A program made the position numbers and the translations under genes. A DNA stretch of 64,000 nt from the human T2T-CHM13v2.0 reference genome, Homo sapiens. Of the stretch, positions 1 through 13,692 are shown in pieces. Numbering within the stretch: the first letter of the stretch is position 1; each line of letters opens with the position of its first letter. The notes beneath the pieces are model-generated. The model had not been told where the DNA came from. It searched no databases and saw only the letters and a list, made by a program, of their open reading frames with translations. The stretch is taken from NCBI RefSeq assembly GCF_009914755.1, contig NC_060926.1, one strand, 5' to 3'.

Positions 1-345
1 AATTGAACCCATGGAGAGAGAGTAGAAGGATGGTTACCAGATGCTGGGAAGGGTAGGGGAGGTAGTGGTGGGGAGGTCGGAATGGTTAAGGGGTACAAAA
101 AATTGAATGAATGAATAATAAGGCTTAGTATTTGATAACATAACAGGGTGACTACAGTCAATACAAATTTAATTGTATGTTTTAAAATAATACAATTGTA
201 TTGTTTGTAACACAAAGGATAAATGCTTGAGGGATGGATATCCCATATCCCATAATGTGATTATTATGTATTGCATACCCATATCAAAACATTTCATGTC
301 CTCCATAAATATATACATCTTCTATGCACTCACAAAATTAAATAG
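1..345 (+). mobile_element. L1MA (L1MA2-like) 3' end, runs off the window start
   Basis: Matches the L1MA 3'UTR (GGATGGTTACCAGA..GGGTACAAAAA..GTAACACAAAGGATAAATGCTTGAGG..ATAAATATATACA) and ends in an A-rich tail. Confidence 0.85.
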
Positions 346-364
346 AATTTTTTTTAATTTAAAA

Positions 365-3300
365 AATTCTTGACTGACAGTTAATTCTCTTTAAGGAGTC
401 TAAAGATAGAATCCCATTCCTTTCTGGCTTTGAAGGATTCTGCTGAGAAGTTTGCTGTTAGTTCAATAGGCATTCCTTTCTAGGTTACCTGATGTTTTGT
501 TCTCACAGCTCTTAGAATTCTTCCCTTCACATTGACTTTAGATTGTCCAATGAACATATGCCTAGGTGATACCCTTTTTGCACTGAATCTCCCAGGAGTT
601 CTTTGAGCTTATTGTATTTGGATGTTTAAATCTCTAGCAAGGTCAGGGACGTTTTCCTCAATTGTTCCCTCAAATAAGTTTTCCAGGGCTGGATGTGGTG
701 GTTCATGCCTGTAATCCCAGCCCTTTGGGAGGCTGAGGTAGGTGGACCACATGAGCCCAGGAGTTCAAGACCACGCTGTTGCAACAGGTGTGCAACCCTG
801 TCTCTACAAAAAATTACAAAAAAATAGCAAGGTGTGGTGGCACGTGCCCGTAGTTACTGCTACTCGGCAGACTGAGATGGGAGGATTACTGGAGCCCTGG
901 AGGTCAAGGATGCAGTTAGCTGTGATTGTGCTACTGCACGCCAGCCTAGGCAACAGACTGAGAATGTCTCAAGAAAAAGTTTTCCAAACTTTGTGCTTCT
1001 TCTCTCTCAGGAATGCCAGTGATTCTTAGGTTTGGCCATTTTGCATAATCCCAAATTTCTTGGAGACTTTATACATTTCTTTAATTTTTTTTTTCTGTAT
1101 GTTTGTATGATTGCATTAATTCGAAAGCTTTGTCTTCAAGCTATGAAATTCTGTCTTCTATTTGGTCTATTCTATTTTTAAAAGTTTCCACTGCGTTTTG
1201 TAATTTCCTAAATATATCTTTCTTTTTCATAAGTTCTAGTTGGTTTTTCTTTAAAATTTCTATCTCTTTACAAAAGTTTTCACGTATGTCCTGAATTGTT
1301 GCTTTTAAATTTCCTTAGGCTGATTTTCACCTTTCCATTGTATCTGCTTGAGTAACTTAGTAATAAAACTTTTGCTTTCTTTATCTGATATTTCAAAGAT
1401 TTCATCTTGGTTTGGATCCATTTCTGGAGAGCTAGTGTGATTTTTGGTGTGTCAGGGAACTCTATTTATATTGCCAGAATTATTTTTCTTGTTCCTTTTC
1501 ATTTGGGTAGACTGTCTTCTAATTATTTTTGAAATTATTTTTGATTTGACTTTTTAAAAAATTCCCCCTTTAGGATGACTTTAATGATTTCAGTCCGTTG
1601 TAATTAAATTTGGATCTGACTTCTTTAGGGTGTGAAGACTTTGTGTGAGTTTCTTTGTTATAAAGAGACTTTGTATGATGGCTTCTCAGATTATGTTTGT
1701 AGTAGCAAAGTGGTAGGTGTGCAAGCATTTTCACTGTCTCTTGTGGGGTTGAAATGGAAGAGGTCCCTTGAAGATTATCTCATTCTCCAGTGGTGTGCAC
1801 TTTTTGTTTTACTTTTTCCTCAGTATTTTATTTATTGGGTCGAATAGTTCACATTTCAGGCCAGTAAGGAAGGTGCCCATGGGAAAAAAACTGGATGTGT
1901 CTAAAGCAGGTGGGTAAATGAAATACCCAGTGGTGGACAGAGATCCCAGCCTTGACAGAGGTGGCTGGGGAGCTCTTAGTGAAATGTGCTGAAGTCTTTT
2001 CATGGGGAAGGGAGGGAGCCACCTCAACTCCCCTGCTAGGGCGGGAGGAAAGTGATCCACCTCCCTCCCAGTCACACTCCTGACTCAGTGTTCCAGCTAT
2101 TCAGATCAGACAGGCTCCTCTTTTTATTTGCAGGAATGTAGATGTTCCATGTAGAGACAGAATTTGACTCTACCTCTCAGGCAAGTGCGAACCTAGAATG
2201 CCCTCCTTCTGTCGGGATGCCATCACCCTGAAGTATTCCAGAAAAGCTGCCTACAGGTGTACCCATGCCAAGCACCCGTGGAGGAAGCCCCAACTGTGTC
2301 TGCAGTGGTGGATGAGGAGAAAAGACATCTCTTTCTCTAAGATTCTTCTTGAGCACCAGGGCTGCCTGACTGTTGAGGTGGAACTGCAGTCTTCCCCCAT
2401 TGAGCCCAGAACTGTACCTATGCCTCTACTGAAAGAAATTTTTCACAAGCAGAAAATTCTGAGACTCAAGGCCACCACCTGGATTCTTTCGTTCCATAGG
2501 GTGCTTCTTTAATGTGATGCACCTCCCTGCCTCTGCCCCAGGAGTAGGAGTCCCTAAGAGATTACTATGAATACTGCTGCTTCTCTGGGTCTAGACACCC
2601 AACTGGACTGCCACACCCTAGGTGGTGCTGGGAAATATCTGCATGGGATCCAGTGATGTGACCTATTCTCAAGACTTCCAGCAGTGGGTACCAGCATCAG
2701 CTCTGATGGGGGTAGCAGAGGAGTGAGGTAGACTCTGTGAGATTCCTTGATTACAAATAGGCTTAATGTGTTGGTCTTCTCAAATGCCAGTTGTAGTAGT
2801 AATGAACTGGTCATGTGGACACAGTCAGGACCAACTGGTTATCCTGGGTGACACGGGCAATGGTGATAGATAAGGTGACACAAGTTATCTCCTTCCTGGG
2901 CGCTGTTATTCAGCCTGCAGATGCTGTAATGGATTGTCAGTTGGCCTCCAGCCAGGAGGTAGCGCTTGCAAAATAGGGCTGGCTGCAGTAGTTGCAATGG
3001 GATTTGTGTTTGCCTCATGTTACCTAGGAAAGGTACTCTTGTGTCTCAGGCAGTGGGCAGGGACATAGAGCTCCCAAATGCTTCTGTCCTTTGTGTTAAG
3101 CTACCAGGGTAGGTGGAGGGGCAAACCAGGTGGAGTCTGGGTCTGGCAAGTCCATGCTCTGGCTCTCCACATGCAGGTGCAAGCAGCAGCCCCAGTGGGG
3201 AGCAGAGAGCAGTTCTCTTGCCACTGGAGTAATGTTCCAGGGAGGCACGCAGCTGCTGCTGCTGCACAGAAGAGTCCACGTGGGGAGTGGGGAGTAGCAG

Positions 3301-4022
3301 GAGCAGTAAGCCCCACCCAGCTCCCCTACACTTGGTAAGCCAGGTCTCCCACTTGCAGTGTTCCACTAGCAGCTGCTAGCTAGGTTCCAGTCAGTCTGTG
3401 CTCAGAACTCAAAACAGTCCTAGGCTGTAAGCCTTCTTCACAGAGACAGAAACCACTGACGCTTTCAGGCCCCTCCCCTCTCAGGCTGCCCATGAATCAG
3501 GGTCGCCCAGCTCCTCACTCAAAATTATATCTCAAATCTCACTTGGGACGTTCTCTCAATCCATGACCACCCTGAGTTCGCTGGCAGACTTTCACAGGGT
3601 TCCCTGTTAGGTAGAATTAGCGATGGCTTCCCTCCTTCCCTGCTGGAGACTGGGAGTGCACACACAGCAGGTCCTGATGCTGCTCCTTCTCATATACTCC
3701 CCACCACTCACTAAATAAGCTCCAGAGCTGGGTAAGGTTAAGGCCTTCCTCAGTGGCCTGGATTGCCAGATTCCCTGGTGGAAATTGTATCCCAGAAGTA
3801 GCTTATCTACCTCTCAAACTCTGGTGATTTTCCACTGGGCTTATGGTGTGTGCTGCAGCCCACGACTTCTTTCAAAGCATCTGTGGTTTCTTTCGGTTTT
3901 CCTGTGAAGTTTCTGTGTTACTTCTTGGAAAAAATTTCAGGGCATGAATCTCTTCACATTTTTTTTTGTCGTTCCAAGTGGAAGAGGCATGCTAACAATG
4001 CCTCCAATCCATCATCTTTGGG
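365..4022 (-). mobile_element. L1PB/L1M1-type 5'UTR and ORF1 region, decayed, split by an Alu
   Basis: Antisense ORF1-type sequence at 365-1450 (CTGCTGAGAAG..TAGGTTACCTGATG). GC-richer 5'UTR to ~4022 (revcomp CAAAGATGATGGATTGGAGGC). Homologous to the + strand L1 at 53.0-55.9 kb. Confidence 0.85.
687..976 (+). mobile_element. AluJ
   Basis: Diverged dimeric Alu; TSD AAGTTTTCCA at 676-685 and 977-986. Confidence 0.95.
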
Positions 4023-4058
4023 AAAAAAAGTAAGTTTCTTATACTATACATGAAGTAA

Positions 4059-4857
4059 TGAAATGGAAGAGCTCCCTGATTCTCCTTGCAGGATGTGCAA
4101 CAGGAGTGTGGCTCACCTGTTTGGTTGCCCTGCAGCTCAAATCCCTAGGGAGAGTGTGCAGACTGGCAGGTGCAATGACCTTGGTGAGTGCTTTTGGCTC
4201 TCGGCCTCATTACTATGAGGCTTCCAGGCCCCAGTAGTGTCTAGGAGTGGTTGCCTGCAACCCCAGAGTTACAAAGCTCTTTCAGCTTTGCTGTCTGCAG
4301 ACAGCCTGAGGGTTAATCAGCTCAATGGACTCTCTGCCTTATTGCAAGGCCTGAGGGCCAGTGTGGCAGCTTTCTGTATCCCAAGCTCTTGCCGAGTGTC
4401 CTGGAAGAATCAAATCACACATGGACTTGAAGGATAAGTGCAAGGTTTTATTGATGGTTGGAGGTGGCTCTTAGGAAGATGGATGGGGAGCAGGAAAAGG
4501 GGATGAAGTGAGAAGGTGATCTTCCCCTGGAGTCAGGCCACCCAGAGGCCAGTCCTTTCTCAGACCGCCCCCTGCCGAACTCCCCTCGGCATGCAGACAT
4601 CCCTCCTCTTCTCTCTTTCTCTGCCACATCATTCTGCCATCACTGGTCTGCTGGTCTGCTGTTCTTCTCTGGATCTTGGGATTCAGGGTTTATATGGGAG
4701 CAGGACAGGGGCCATGGCAGGCCAAAAGGCAACGTTTTGGGTGTGAAAACAGAAATGCTTGTTCTCAGGGCCGCAGATATCCAGGCTTGAGGGTGGGGGC
4801 CTTTGCCGGGAAACTGCCCTCTTCTACCTAGTATTTCCCTGTCTTCTGTTCCTATCA
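4059..4857 (-). mobile_element. LTR1-family solo LTR (ERV1)
   Basis: TG..CA termini and 4-bp TSD GTAA (4055-4058, 4858-4861). Revcomp start TGATAGGAACAGAAGACAGGGAAATACTAGGTAGAAGAGGGCAG matches LTR1. Confidence 0.85.
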
Positions 4858-4880
4858 GTAATATAAAATATTATTTGAAA

Positions 4881-5642
4881 TGAGGACTAAATTCTGATCT
4901 TTTTTTATCTTGCCCAAATTCCTACCTAAGGGGTCTGGGGAGTCATGCCCTACAAACCAGTCTCAGAGGAGTTTTATTTAACCCTATATAACATGGCCTG
5001 CTTTCCAATATGACTCTGGCATTATATCACATGACAAATAAGAAAATAAAATTTTTTAGCTCCAAATATATTTCCTTGCCATATCTTGAAATTGCCCTGC
5101 GAGGTTGTCTCTTGTGGGAAAAATCCACATTCTATACAGAATCCCCTTTTACCCCTGCCTTTTATTCTTTCTTTCCAGACCCGGGAGATAATCAACTAAG
5201 AGCCAGGCACCCTTTTAAGCCCAATAAGAGACATTTTACAAACTACTCCCTTGAAGTCTGCTATCTGAGAGCTTCCTCTGCACAATAAAACTTGGTCTCC
5301 ACAACCTTTTATCTTAACCTGAACATTTCCTTTCTATTGATCCCAGGTCTTTAGATAAACTCAACCAATTTTCAACCAGAAACATTAAAAATCTACCTAT
5401 AAGCTGGAAGCCCCTGCTTCAAGTTCTCCTGACCTTCTGGACCAAACCAATGTATTTCTTAAATGTATTTGATTGAAGTCTCATGTCTCCCTAAAATGTA
5501 TAAAACCAAGCTGCACCCTGACCACCTTGGGTGCATATTCTCAGGACCTCCTGAGGGCTGTGTCACGAGCCATAGTCACTCATATTTGGGTCAGAATAAA
5601 TCTCTTCAAATATTGAACTGAGTTGGATACTTTTCATCAACA
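4881..5642 (+). mobile_element. MER4-family solo LTR (MER4E/MER4A-like, ERV1)
   Basis: Starts TGAGGACTAAATTCTGATC, ends AATAAATCTCTTCAAATA..TCATCAACA; near-TSD GAAA/GAAG. Confidence 0.85.
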
Positions 5643-7575
5643 GAAGATAGCTTGAGGACAAAGATATTTATGATGACTATTAAAGAAAACAATAAAATAA
5701 TATTTAAAGAGTTATAAATAATAAGCAAAAAGGAAATAAATTTTAAATTATCTTTAAAATATTCAAGCCAAAAGAGGGCAGAAAATAAAAGGGTTGGAAG
5801 CTAACAAAGAACAGATTAGCAAGATTTAAACTCAAATATCACAATTAGATTAAATTTAACTGCCCAAATAGCCAATACAAGGGCAGAAATTGTCAGATTA
5901 GATGAAAAATCAACACTCAAATATACGCTATTTATAAAAAAAAAAACAACTTTACATATAAGGACATAAAATATTAAACAAAGCAATAAGAAAATATCTT
6001 TCATGCTAACACTAATTTAGAAACAAACTGAAGTATTTGTATTATATTTGATATATTACATTGTGGAACAAAAAAAAAATTACCAAGAAAAAATAAGGTT
6101 ATTTAATAATGATAAAGGTGCCAATTCCTTAAAAGGACATATAATCCTAAATGTTACTTACCTACAAAGAGAAAAAATACATAAAACAAAAGCTGATAGA
6201 ACTGAAAGGAGAATTAAATAAACAAATCCACAGCTTTACTTACAGATTTCAATAAATCTTACTTAAAAATTAATAAAACCTATAGACAGAAAATCAGTAA
6301 GGCTATTGAATGTTTGAACAAAACAATCAGCCAAATTTAACAAATTGACCCAATTAACATTTACATAATATCCAACAATAGCAGAAAACAATCTTTTCAA
6401 GTGGAACATGCTCATAATAGAACATTTATGCAGATAAATTATAAATTGGGTCACAAGACAGATTCCGATGCCTTTAAAATAATTCAAGTCGAACAAATTA
6501 TGTTCACTAATGATGTGATATTAAATTAGAAATCAACAACAGTAAGATTTCTGGAAAAACCCTAAATATTTAGAAACAAGATAAATAACTTCTCAAAAAA
6601 GAAAATCCAAAAAATTGAGCTAAATAAATATAAAGACATAACACATCAAAATGCTTTGGCTGCAGCTATAACAATATTTAAAGACTTTTTTTGCCCTAAA
6701 AGCTTATGTGAAAAAGAAGAAAGGTCTCAAATCAGTTGACTTAGCTTCCACCTTATGAAACTAGAAAAAGAAGAGCAACTGAAATCTAAGGACTGAAGAA
6801 AACAATGACATAATAAAGATCAGAGCAGAAATCAATAAAATAGAACACAGGAAAAAAATAGAAAAATATCAGTGAGATAAACAGATGCTTCTTTGGGAAG
6901 ATTTTTAAAAATAAAATAAAATTAAATAAACCTAGTCAGAATGGTCGTGGAGAAAAAAAATCAAAGTAATACTTTACGAATATAGAAATAAGAAAGGTGA
7001 TATCACCACTGATTCTATAGATATTAATAAGATAATCAGAGAAATTATGAACTACTTATGAACAAATTATGAACAATAAATTCAGTGACTAAATTAAATA
7101 GGCAAATACATTCAGAGACACAAACTACATAGGCTCACTATAAAATAAAAATAAACTGAACAACCTTATCTGTATTTGAAAAAAAATTATAGTTAAAAAT
7201 CTTTACAAAAAGAAAACTCCAGGCCATAATGGATTACTAGTTAGTGATACAAAATATTTAAGAAAGAAATAATACCAGTTGTATATAAAATCTTTCAAAA
7301 ATTTTTTTAGAAATACTTTTGAATTTAGTCTGTGTTGTCAACATTGCTGTAATACAAAAATAAAAACAAAAAAAAACTATACACCAAAGTCTCTCATGAA
7401 CATAGACACAAACATTCTTAATAGTATACTGGCAAATCAAATCCAACCATATATATAAATAATAATAAATCATGACCAATAAACTCATAATAAATCATGA
7501 GTTTATTTTAGTAATGCAAGGTTGACCTAACATTTGAGAATCCATAAGTGTAATTCACCATATTAACGGTCTAAA
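5643..7575 (+). mobile_element. Ancient L1M (L1MC/MD/ME-type) ORF2 5' part, decayed
   Basis: A-rich L1 ORF2-like text (AAAGCTGATAGAACTGAAAGGAGAA, TCTCTCATGAACATAGA). Upstream pieces at 4030-4058 and 4862-4880 are separated by the LTR insertions. Confidence 0.75.
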
Positions 7576-7594
7576 TATACATCTATATTTTAAA

Positions 7595-8070
7595 AACCTA
7601 ATTTTAAAAAAATGGGCAAAAAATTTGAATATACATACCTTTAAAGAAGATATATTGATGGCAGGTAAGCACATATAAATATGATCAACATCATTAGCAA
7701 CTAGGGAAATGTCGATTAAAACCAGAGTGTTATTGTGTGTGTGCGTGTGTGTGTGTGCATGTATGTATTAGACCAAAATTTTAAAAATGTAGACAGGCAT
7801 AAACACTTGGGAAAACAGTCTGATAGTTTCTTAAAAAGTTAGACATACACCAACCATATATATCACTCATTCCATTTCTGAGTTTTTACCCAAGCCGGTA
7901 GGAATGAGAAGTAGGAATTGCAAAAGGCGTAAGGAAACTTCTGTGAGTAAATTATGTTCATCATCATTATTGTTTTAATGGTTTCATGTGTGTACATCTG
8001 TCAAAACTTATGCCATTATACAATGTAAACATGTAGTTTTTTGTATATTGATTATACCCCAATAAAGCCC
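7595..8070 (+). mobile_element. Old L1M 3' end (L1MC/MD-like)
   Basis: AAAATGGGCAAA..TCAACATCATTAGC..GTCAAAACTTAT..ATACCCCAATAAAG. Confidence 0.7.
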
Positions 8071-8439
8071 TTCAGGAAAAGGAGAGTATGTTTGTCTTAC
8101 ATTGAACTCAGGAGGGGAAATAAGTCTCCTCTGAGAATTAGTAATTATAGCTTGTCCTCATGTAGATTTGACTTACAAAATTGCACTAACTAATGCCTCT
8201 GGAGGCCCCAAGATGAGAAATGAATATAAATTTACCCCGCTAGAAATCTTGTTAAGAGCTAAAACAAATTTATCTTAAGGGAGATGCTCTGAATTTTAAC
8301 CTTGTTGTATTCCCACAATAAAGTCATGAAATTTAAATATGTTTGTAATACAATATTCACAAATATTCAAGAAAGTAGAAAACCATGGGTGAAAGCTGGA
8401 ATTCTCCACAGGAGCACCCCCAGGACATAAGTACTGATT

Positions 8440-8900
8440 TATCGTATACAAAATATAAATTTCATTAAAATACTTAAAAGACAGTAAAATATAGAATTTA
8501 AAAAAAAAGTAAGGTAAATTTCAAAGAGAAACAAATTGAACATCTAAAAATAAAGGTTGTATTCACTGAAGTTACACATGAAAGAAATAACAGCGGATAA
8601 GATTAAGTTAAAAAGAAAATCAGTGATCTGAAACGTAGATCTACAGAAATTACATGAAATATGCCACAAAGAGCTAGAAATTTAATGATAAAAGACATTA
8701 AGAGATTTGGAAGATATAGTAAGTTCCAATATGCTTCTAATCACAGTTTTAATAAGCAATACTCATGAGAAAGTGAGAGAGAAATTATGCAAATAAAAAT
8801 TGCTGAAATTTTTCTATAACTGGTAAAAAGCATGAATGTTTGGATTCAGAAGTTCCTCAGTTCCTAAGCAGAATAAATAAATCCAAGAAATGCTGGTGAA
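8440..8900 (+). mobile_element. Ancient L1/HAL1 ORF1-like fragment
   Basis: AATCAGTGATCTGAAACGTAGATCTACAGAAATT..GGATTCAGAAG resembles old L1 ORF1. Confidence 0.5.
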
Positions 8901-9569
8901 TCAGGTAGTTGCAAAGCATAGACAATAATATTAATAAAAATTTTCAATATTTTATGTTTAAATTTTTATGTACCATTTTCAGGGGATTTTTTTCTCTATG
9001 CATTAACCTACTGAACACCTCTATGAGAACATTTATTGCCACTTAAAACATTTAAGAATTTATTTTAAAATGCTCAGAAATGTGATATAGCAAAAATAAC
9101 AATAAAGCCATATTCAGGAAACTTTGGGTTTGAAAGCTCAGCTGTGCCACTTGTCAGCAATATGCCATTGTTCCCTATGTAAGCAAGAAGCAAACACTGG
9201 AAGCAAGAAATATCTATTTTTGTTCCAATTCTACTTATAATTTATAATTCCATTATTACTAAAATAACTCATCATTCCATACTTAATTATCCTTTTGAAA
9301 AAAATGCATTTAAATTACTTCACCTCTCATCCAGGGGTGTTAAAAGGCAAAATAATAATAGAAGAAATAATTCCAAAATGGTTTGGAAAAATATGACACA
9401 TAATCAATACCTGTTATTTAAGGCTATTTTTGAGTTGAGTGTTCTAACTAGCTATCACCCTTAGAGACAGAACTTTCTGTCTTTGCTGCTGTTTCATAAG
9501 TACAAAGCATGCTATAATAGATAAGGATTCAAGAGACTGCTTAGAGGGCATACTTTGTAGCTTACTAGA

Positions 9570-9770
9570 GTCAAGTCAGAGAATCTCAGAATAGAAAGGG
9601 ATGATAAATGTCATATTTGGGCTTCCATGAGTATTTATTAATAAGCAATTGAATCTCCTTTACCACAGCCTTGTCAATGGGTGGTTAAACTTATGACTGA
9701 ATATGTCTTGTGATAAGAAATGCAGTAGTGCCTAAGAAAGCCAATTCTGAGTGTCAAAAAGTTATTCCTT
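9570..9770 (-). mobile_element. L3/CR1 3' fragment
   Basis: AGAATCTCAGAATAGAAAGGG..AAGAAAGCCAATTC..AAAGTTATTCCTTAT resembles the L3 tail. Confidence 0.4.
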
Positions 9771-9825
9771 ATCCTGGCACACTGAACCTTAATGACACTT
9801 ATTTTCCCCAAAAAGAAAGTGGAGT

Positions 9826-10030
9826 GATAATAATAGCAACCATTTATTAACTACCTACTATATGTCAAGCATGGAATTAGCACTTTCCATAGTTAAATTC
9901 TAATCATCACAAATTCCTGCAAGATAAGTATAACTATCCTCCTTTGACATTATAAGAAAACTGAGATTCGAATTTAAGTGTCTTTACCTAAGGCCACACA
10001 CTAATCATTAGAAAAATCTAACTCTTGCTC
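9826..10030 (-). mobile_element. MIR
   Basis: ATAATAATAGCAACCATTTATT..AAGAAAACTGAGATTC..CCTAAGGCCACAC. Confidence 0.75.
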
Positions 10031-10464
10031 CCAGTCTGCTAAGATTGCTGTAATAAAAATTAAATTAAATCTTACAAGAAAAAGAGATTTGTAAATTGAA
10101 TTTTAAAAAAATATAAGCTGTTCTTATAATTACTGGAAATGTCTACCTGGTTGGACCAGTGTTCAATTTCGTAAAGCCTAGCCCACTTCTTAGCATGACA
10201 GAGATGCTCAATAACAGTTCATTTGCTTATCTTAAATACAGAACAGTGCACTATTAAACATATTCAATAATGCTGATGTCTATCAAATCTTAATTCCAAT
10301 GAAGAAATTAAGAAACAAGAAAGGCAGTATTTCTATAAAAATAAGACAGTTTAACTGAATCCAAATGTTCTTTCAGAATAATTCTGATTATACTGATTTT
10401 GGTTGTATTTTTTCAGGATTTATGTTATATTTATCTATTCTTATTGGAAATTGTTAAAAGTTTA

Positions 10465-10546
10465 GGAAAGATGGTTTACACTTGTAGTCCCAGCTATTCA
10501 GGAAACTGAGGCAAGAGAATCACCTGAGCCCAGGAGTTTGAGGCCA
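10465..10546 (+). mobile_element. FLAM/Alu monomer fragment
   Basis: CTTGTAGTCCCAGCTATTCAGGAAACTGAGGCAAGAGAATCACCTGAGCCCAGGAGTTTGAGGCC. Confidence 0.8.
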
Positions 10547-11104
10547 AAAGTTAAGAACCGTGTTCAGAAAAATTTCCAGCCTTCCCAGAATGGCACACAG
10601 TCATGGAAGACTGTCACAATTTCTGAGGCTTTAGGCTTTTAAAATATGAGAAAGTGTCAGGAAGACAGCTTTTCAAGATTTCAACTTAAAAATAACTTTA
10701 CCATAATATTACCCATCTGCTATAGGGTTGACTTAATGTCTCTTCCAAGAAAGTTATGAACTTGTAAAAAAAAAAAAAGGCATAAAATTTAAAGTTTCTC
10801 AGAGAAAACACCAAGAAGAGGATACAATAAAGAATGATCACTGTGCCTTTTTTTTCCCCTGGAATCCATATGCACCTTCAAACGTGAAGGTGGGTTGGGG
10901 GCTTCCTAAAGCCAGCAGGGGCTCCCACAAAGTGCCCTCAGGTCCTCCCTTCCATGCGTACCCAGGCACTGACCTCAGGGCCTTGATCTTGCATTCACTT
11001 CTTAGACTTCTTTGTCCATAACTTCCTCCTTGATTGTCACAAACCTGATTCCAGCTTCCTTTGCTAAATTCACACTCTGTGTCTGTCTGGATTCAGCAGT
11101 CAAT

Positions 11105-11430
11105 TTTTTTTAATTAACTTAAAATTAGTTCCAGGATACATGCGCAGGTTGTTACATAGCTACATATGTGCCACGGTGGTTTGCTGTACCTATCAACCCG
11201 CCACCTAGGTGTCAAGCCTGGTGTCACCTAGGTGACACCTAGGTGTCAGCTATTTTTCCTGATGCTCTCCCCGCACCCTGTCCTGCCGCAACACCCCCCA
11301 ATGTGTGTTGTTCCCCTCCCTGTGTCTATGGGTTCTCATTGCTCAGCTCCCACTTATAAGTGAGAACATGTGGTGACATGAATGGAGCTGGAAGCCATTA
11401 TCCTCAGCAAACTAACGCAGGAACAGAAAA
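11105..11430 (-). mobile_element. Short L1PA (about PA8-PA12) 3' end with a 5' inversion
   Basis: Poly-T then antisense 3'UTR to 11374, then a sense piece GACATGAATGGAGCTGGAAGCC..GAACAGAAAA. Diverged TSD TCAGCAGTCAATTT / TCATCAGTTCATTT. Confidence 0.9.
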
Positions 11431-11720
11431 TCATCAGTTCATTTTAACGAATATTTGTTTAAGATCTACTATTCCCCCGACTCTGCTAGACCATGATAAA
11501 ATGGCGACAAAAACACACAGGCTCTTGACTCTCAGAGTTCACAGTCTGATGGGAAAAGATCACATCAATGAAGGAAAGGTAAAACTCGAATAAGCATTTA
11601 AAAAGAGAAAGTCCTGGTACCAGAAGTGCCTAAAACAGGGAATTGACCAGTCACAGAGGTCAGGAAAAGTTTTCCTGGTGAAACAACACATGTGTTGAGA
11701 TCTGAAGTTAGGAGTTATGT
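11431..11720 (-). mobile_element. L2 fragment
   Basis: AACGAATATTTGTT..CTCTCAGAGTTCACAGTCTGATGGG..GGTCAGGAAAAGTTTTCCTGGTGAA. Confidence 0.65.
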
Positions 11721-11811
11721 AAAAAGAAAATGCAAATCTGTAACAACTGAAAAAATACCAGAAAAATTTATTTATGCTTCTGTTGAGTTTCCTGTTTATA
11801 TGCTTTATTAG

Positions 11812-12307
11812 TGTATTCGTTCCCTGCTACTTCTGTAACAAGTTACCATACACTTACTGGCTTACAACATCACTGATTACATCTCTTACAATTCTGGAGG
11901 CCAGAATTCTGAAATGGGTTCCACTGGACTGAAATCAAAGGGTCAGCAGGGCCTGCCTTCTCCGGGGAACACAAAGGACAATCCTTTTCCTTTCTTTTCC
12001 CGGTGTCTGGAGGCTGCCCTCATCCTCAGCTCATGCCTTACATCACATTGTCATTTCTTGCCCTGCTTCCATTGTTACATTGCCTCCTGCCTCTCCTGGA
12101 GTAAAATCTCCCTGTCTCCCCCTTATAAGGTACTTACTATGCTATTCAGGGCCAACACAGATAACCCAGGATCATCTCTCCATCTCAAGATCCTTAACTG
12201 TATCATATCTGCAATGTCCCTTTTGCTAGCTATAGTGACAGTCACAGATTCCAAGGATTGGGATGAGGATATCTTGGGATGGGGGAGGGATTACTCAGCC
12301 CACCACA
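11812..12307 (-). mobile_element. MLT1 (MLT1D-like) MaLR solo LTR
   Basis: TGTATTCGTT..GTAACAAGTTACCA..TTCTGGAGGCCAGA..CTCAAGATCCTTAACT..CCCACCACA. Confidence 0.85.
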
Positions 12308-12379
12308 GTCAATAATTCTATCTTCCCACAGTTTAAAAAAACAAACAAACAAAAAAAAAACTTCAGCATAAACTCACTG

Positions 12380-13336
<957 letters not shown>

Positions 13337-13560
13337 GGGAGAGAGTGTTTTAATAGTCCCTTACACTAAAATAATAGTTTAGCTGGATATGAGACCCTAA
13401 GCTCAAAGTGCATTTCTTAACCACTTTGAAAATATTACTCCATTATCTCCTTGCATAGTGATTGAAGTCTGATGTCTAACTGGTTTTCATCTTTTATCGT
13501 TAACCTATTCTTTCTCTTTAAAGCTTTTACAATTCTCTCTTATCTTCAGTGTTCCTAAAC
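13337..13560 (-). mobile_element. Ancient L1 ORF1-like fragment (host of the AluY)
   Basis: ATAGTTTAGCTGGATATGAG..CACTTTGAAAATATTACTCCATTATCTCC. Confidence 0.55.
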
Positions 13561-13629
13561 TAAAAGAGTCAGACTGCCTTTTCCTGAGATCAGTCTCAGA
13601 TTTAAAAGCAAAAACAAAAATAAATAAAA

Positions 13630-13692
13630 AAGGAAGGAAGGAAGGAAGGAAAGAAGGAAGGCAGAGAGGAAGGAAGGGAGAAAGAAAGGAAA
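13630..13692 (+). repeat. (GGAA)n-like purine-rich simple repeat
   Basis: AGGAAGGAAGGAAGGAAGGAAAGAAGGAAG... Confidence 0.9.

Noticed and set aside
7040-7500. Short direct repeats (AAATTATGAAC-like x3; AATAAATCATGA x2) as a CRISPR-like or regulatory array
   Set aside because: Slippage microduplications in A-rich L1, with no regular repeat-spacer structure
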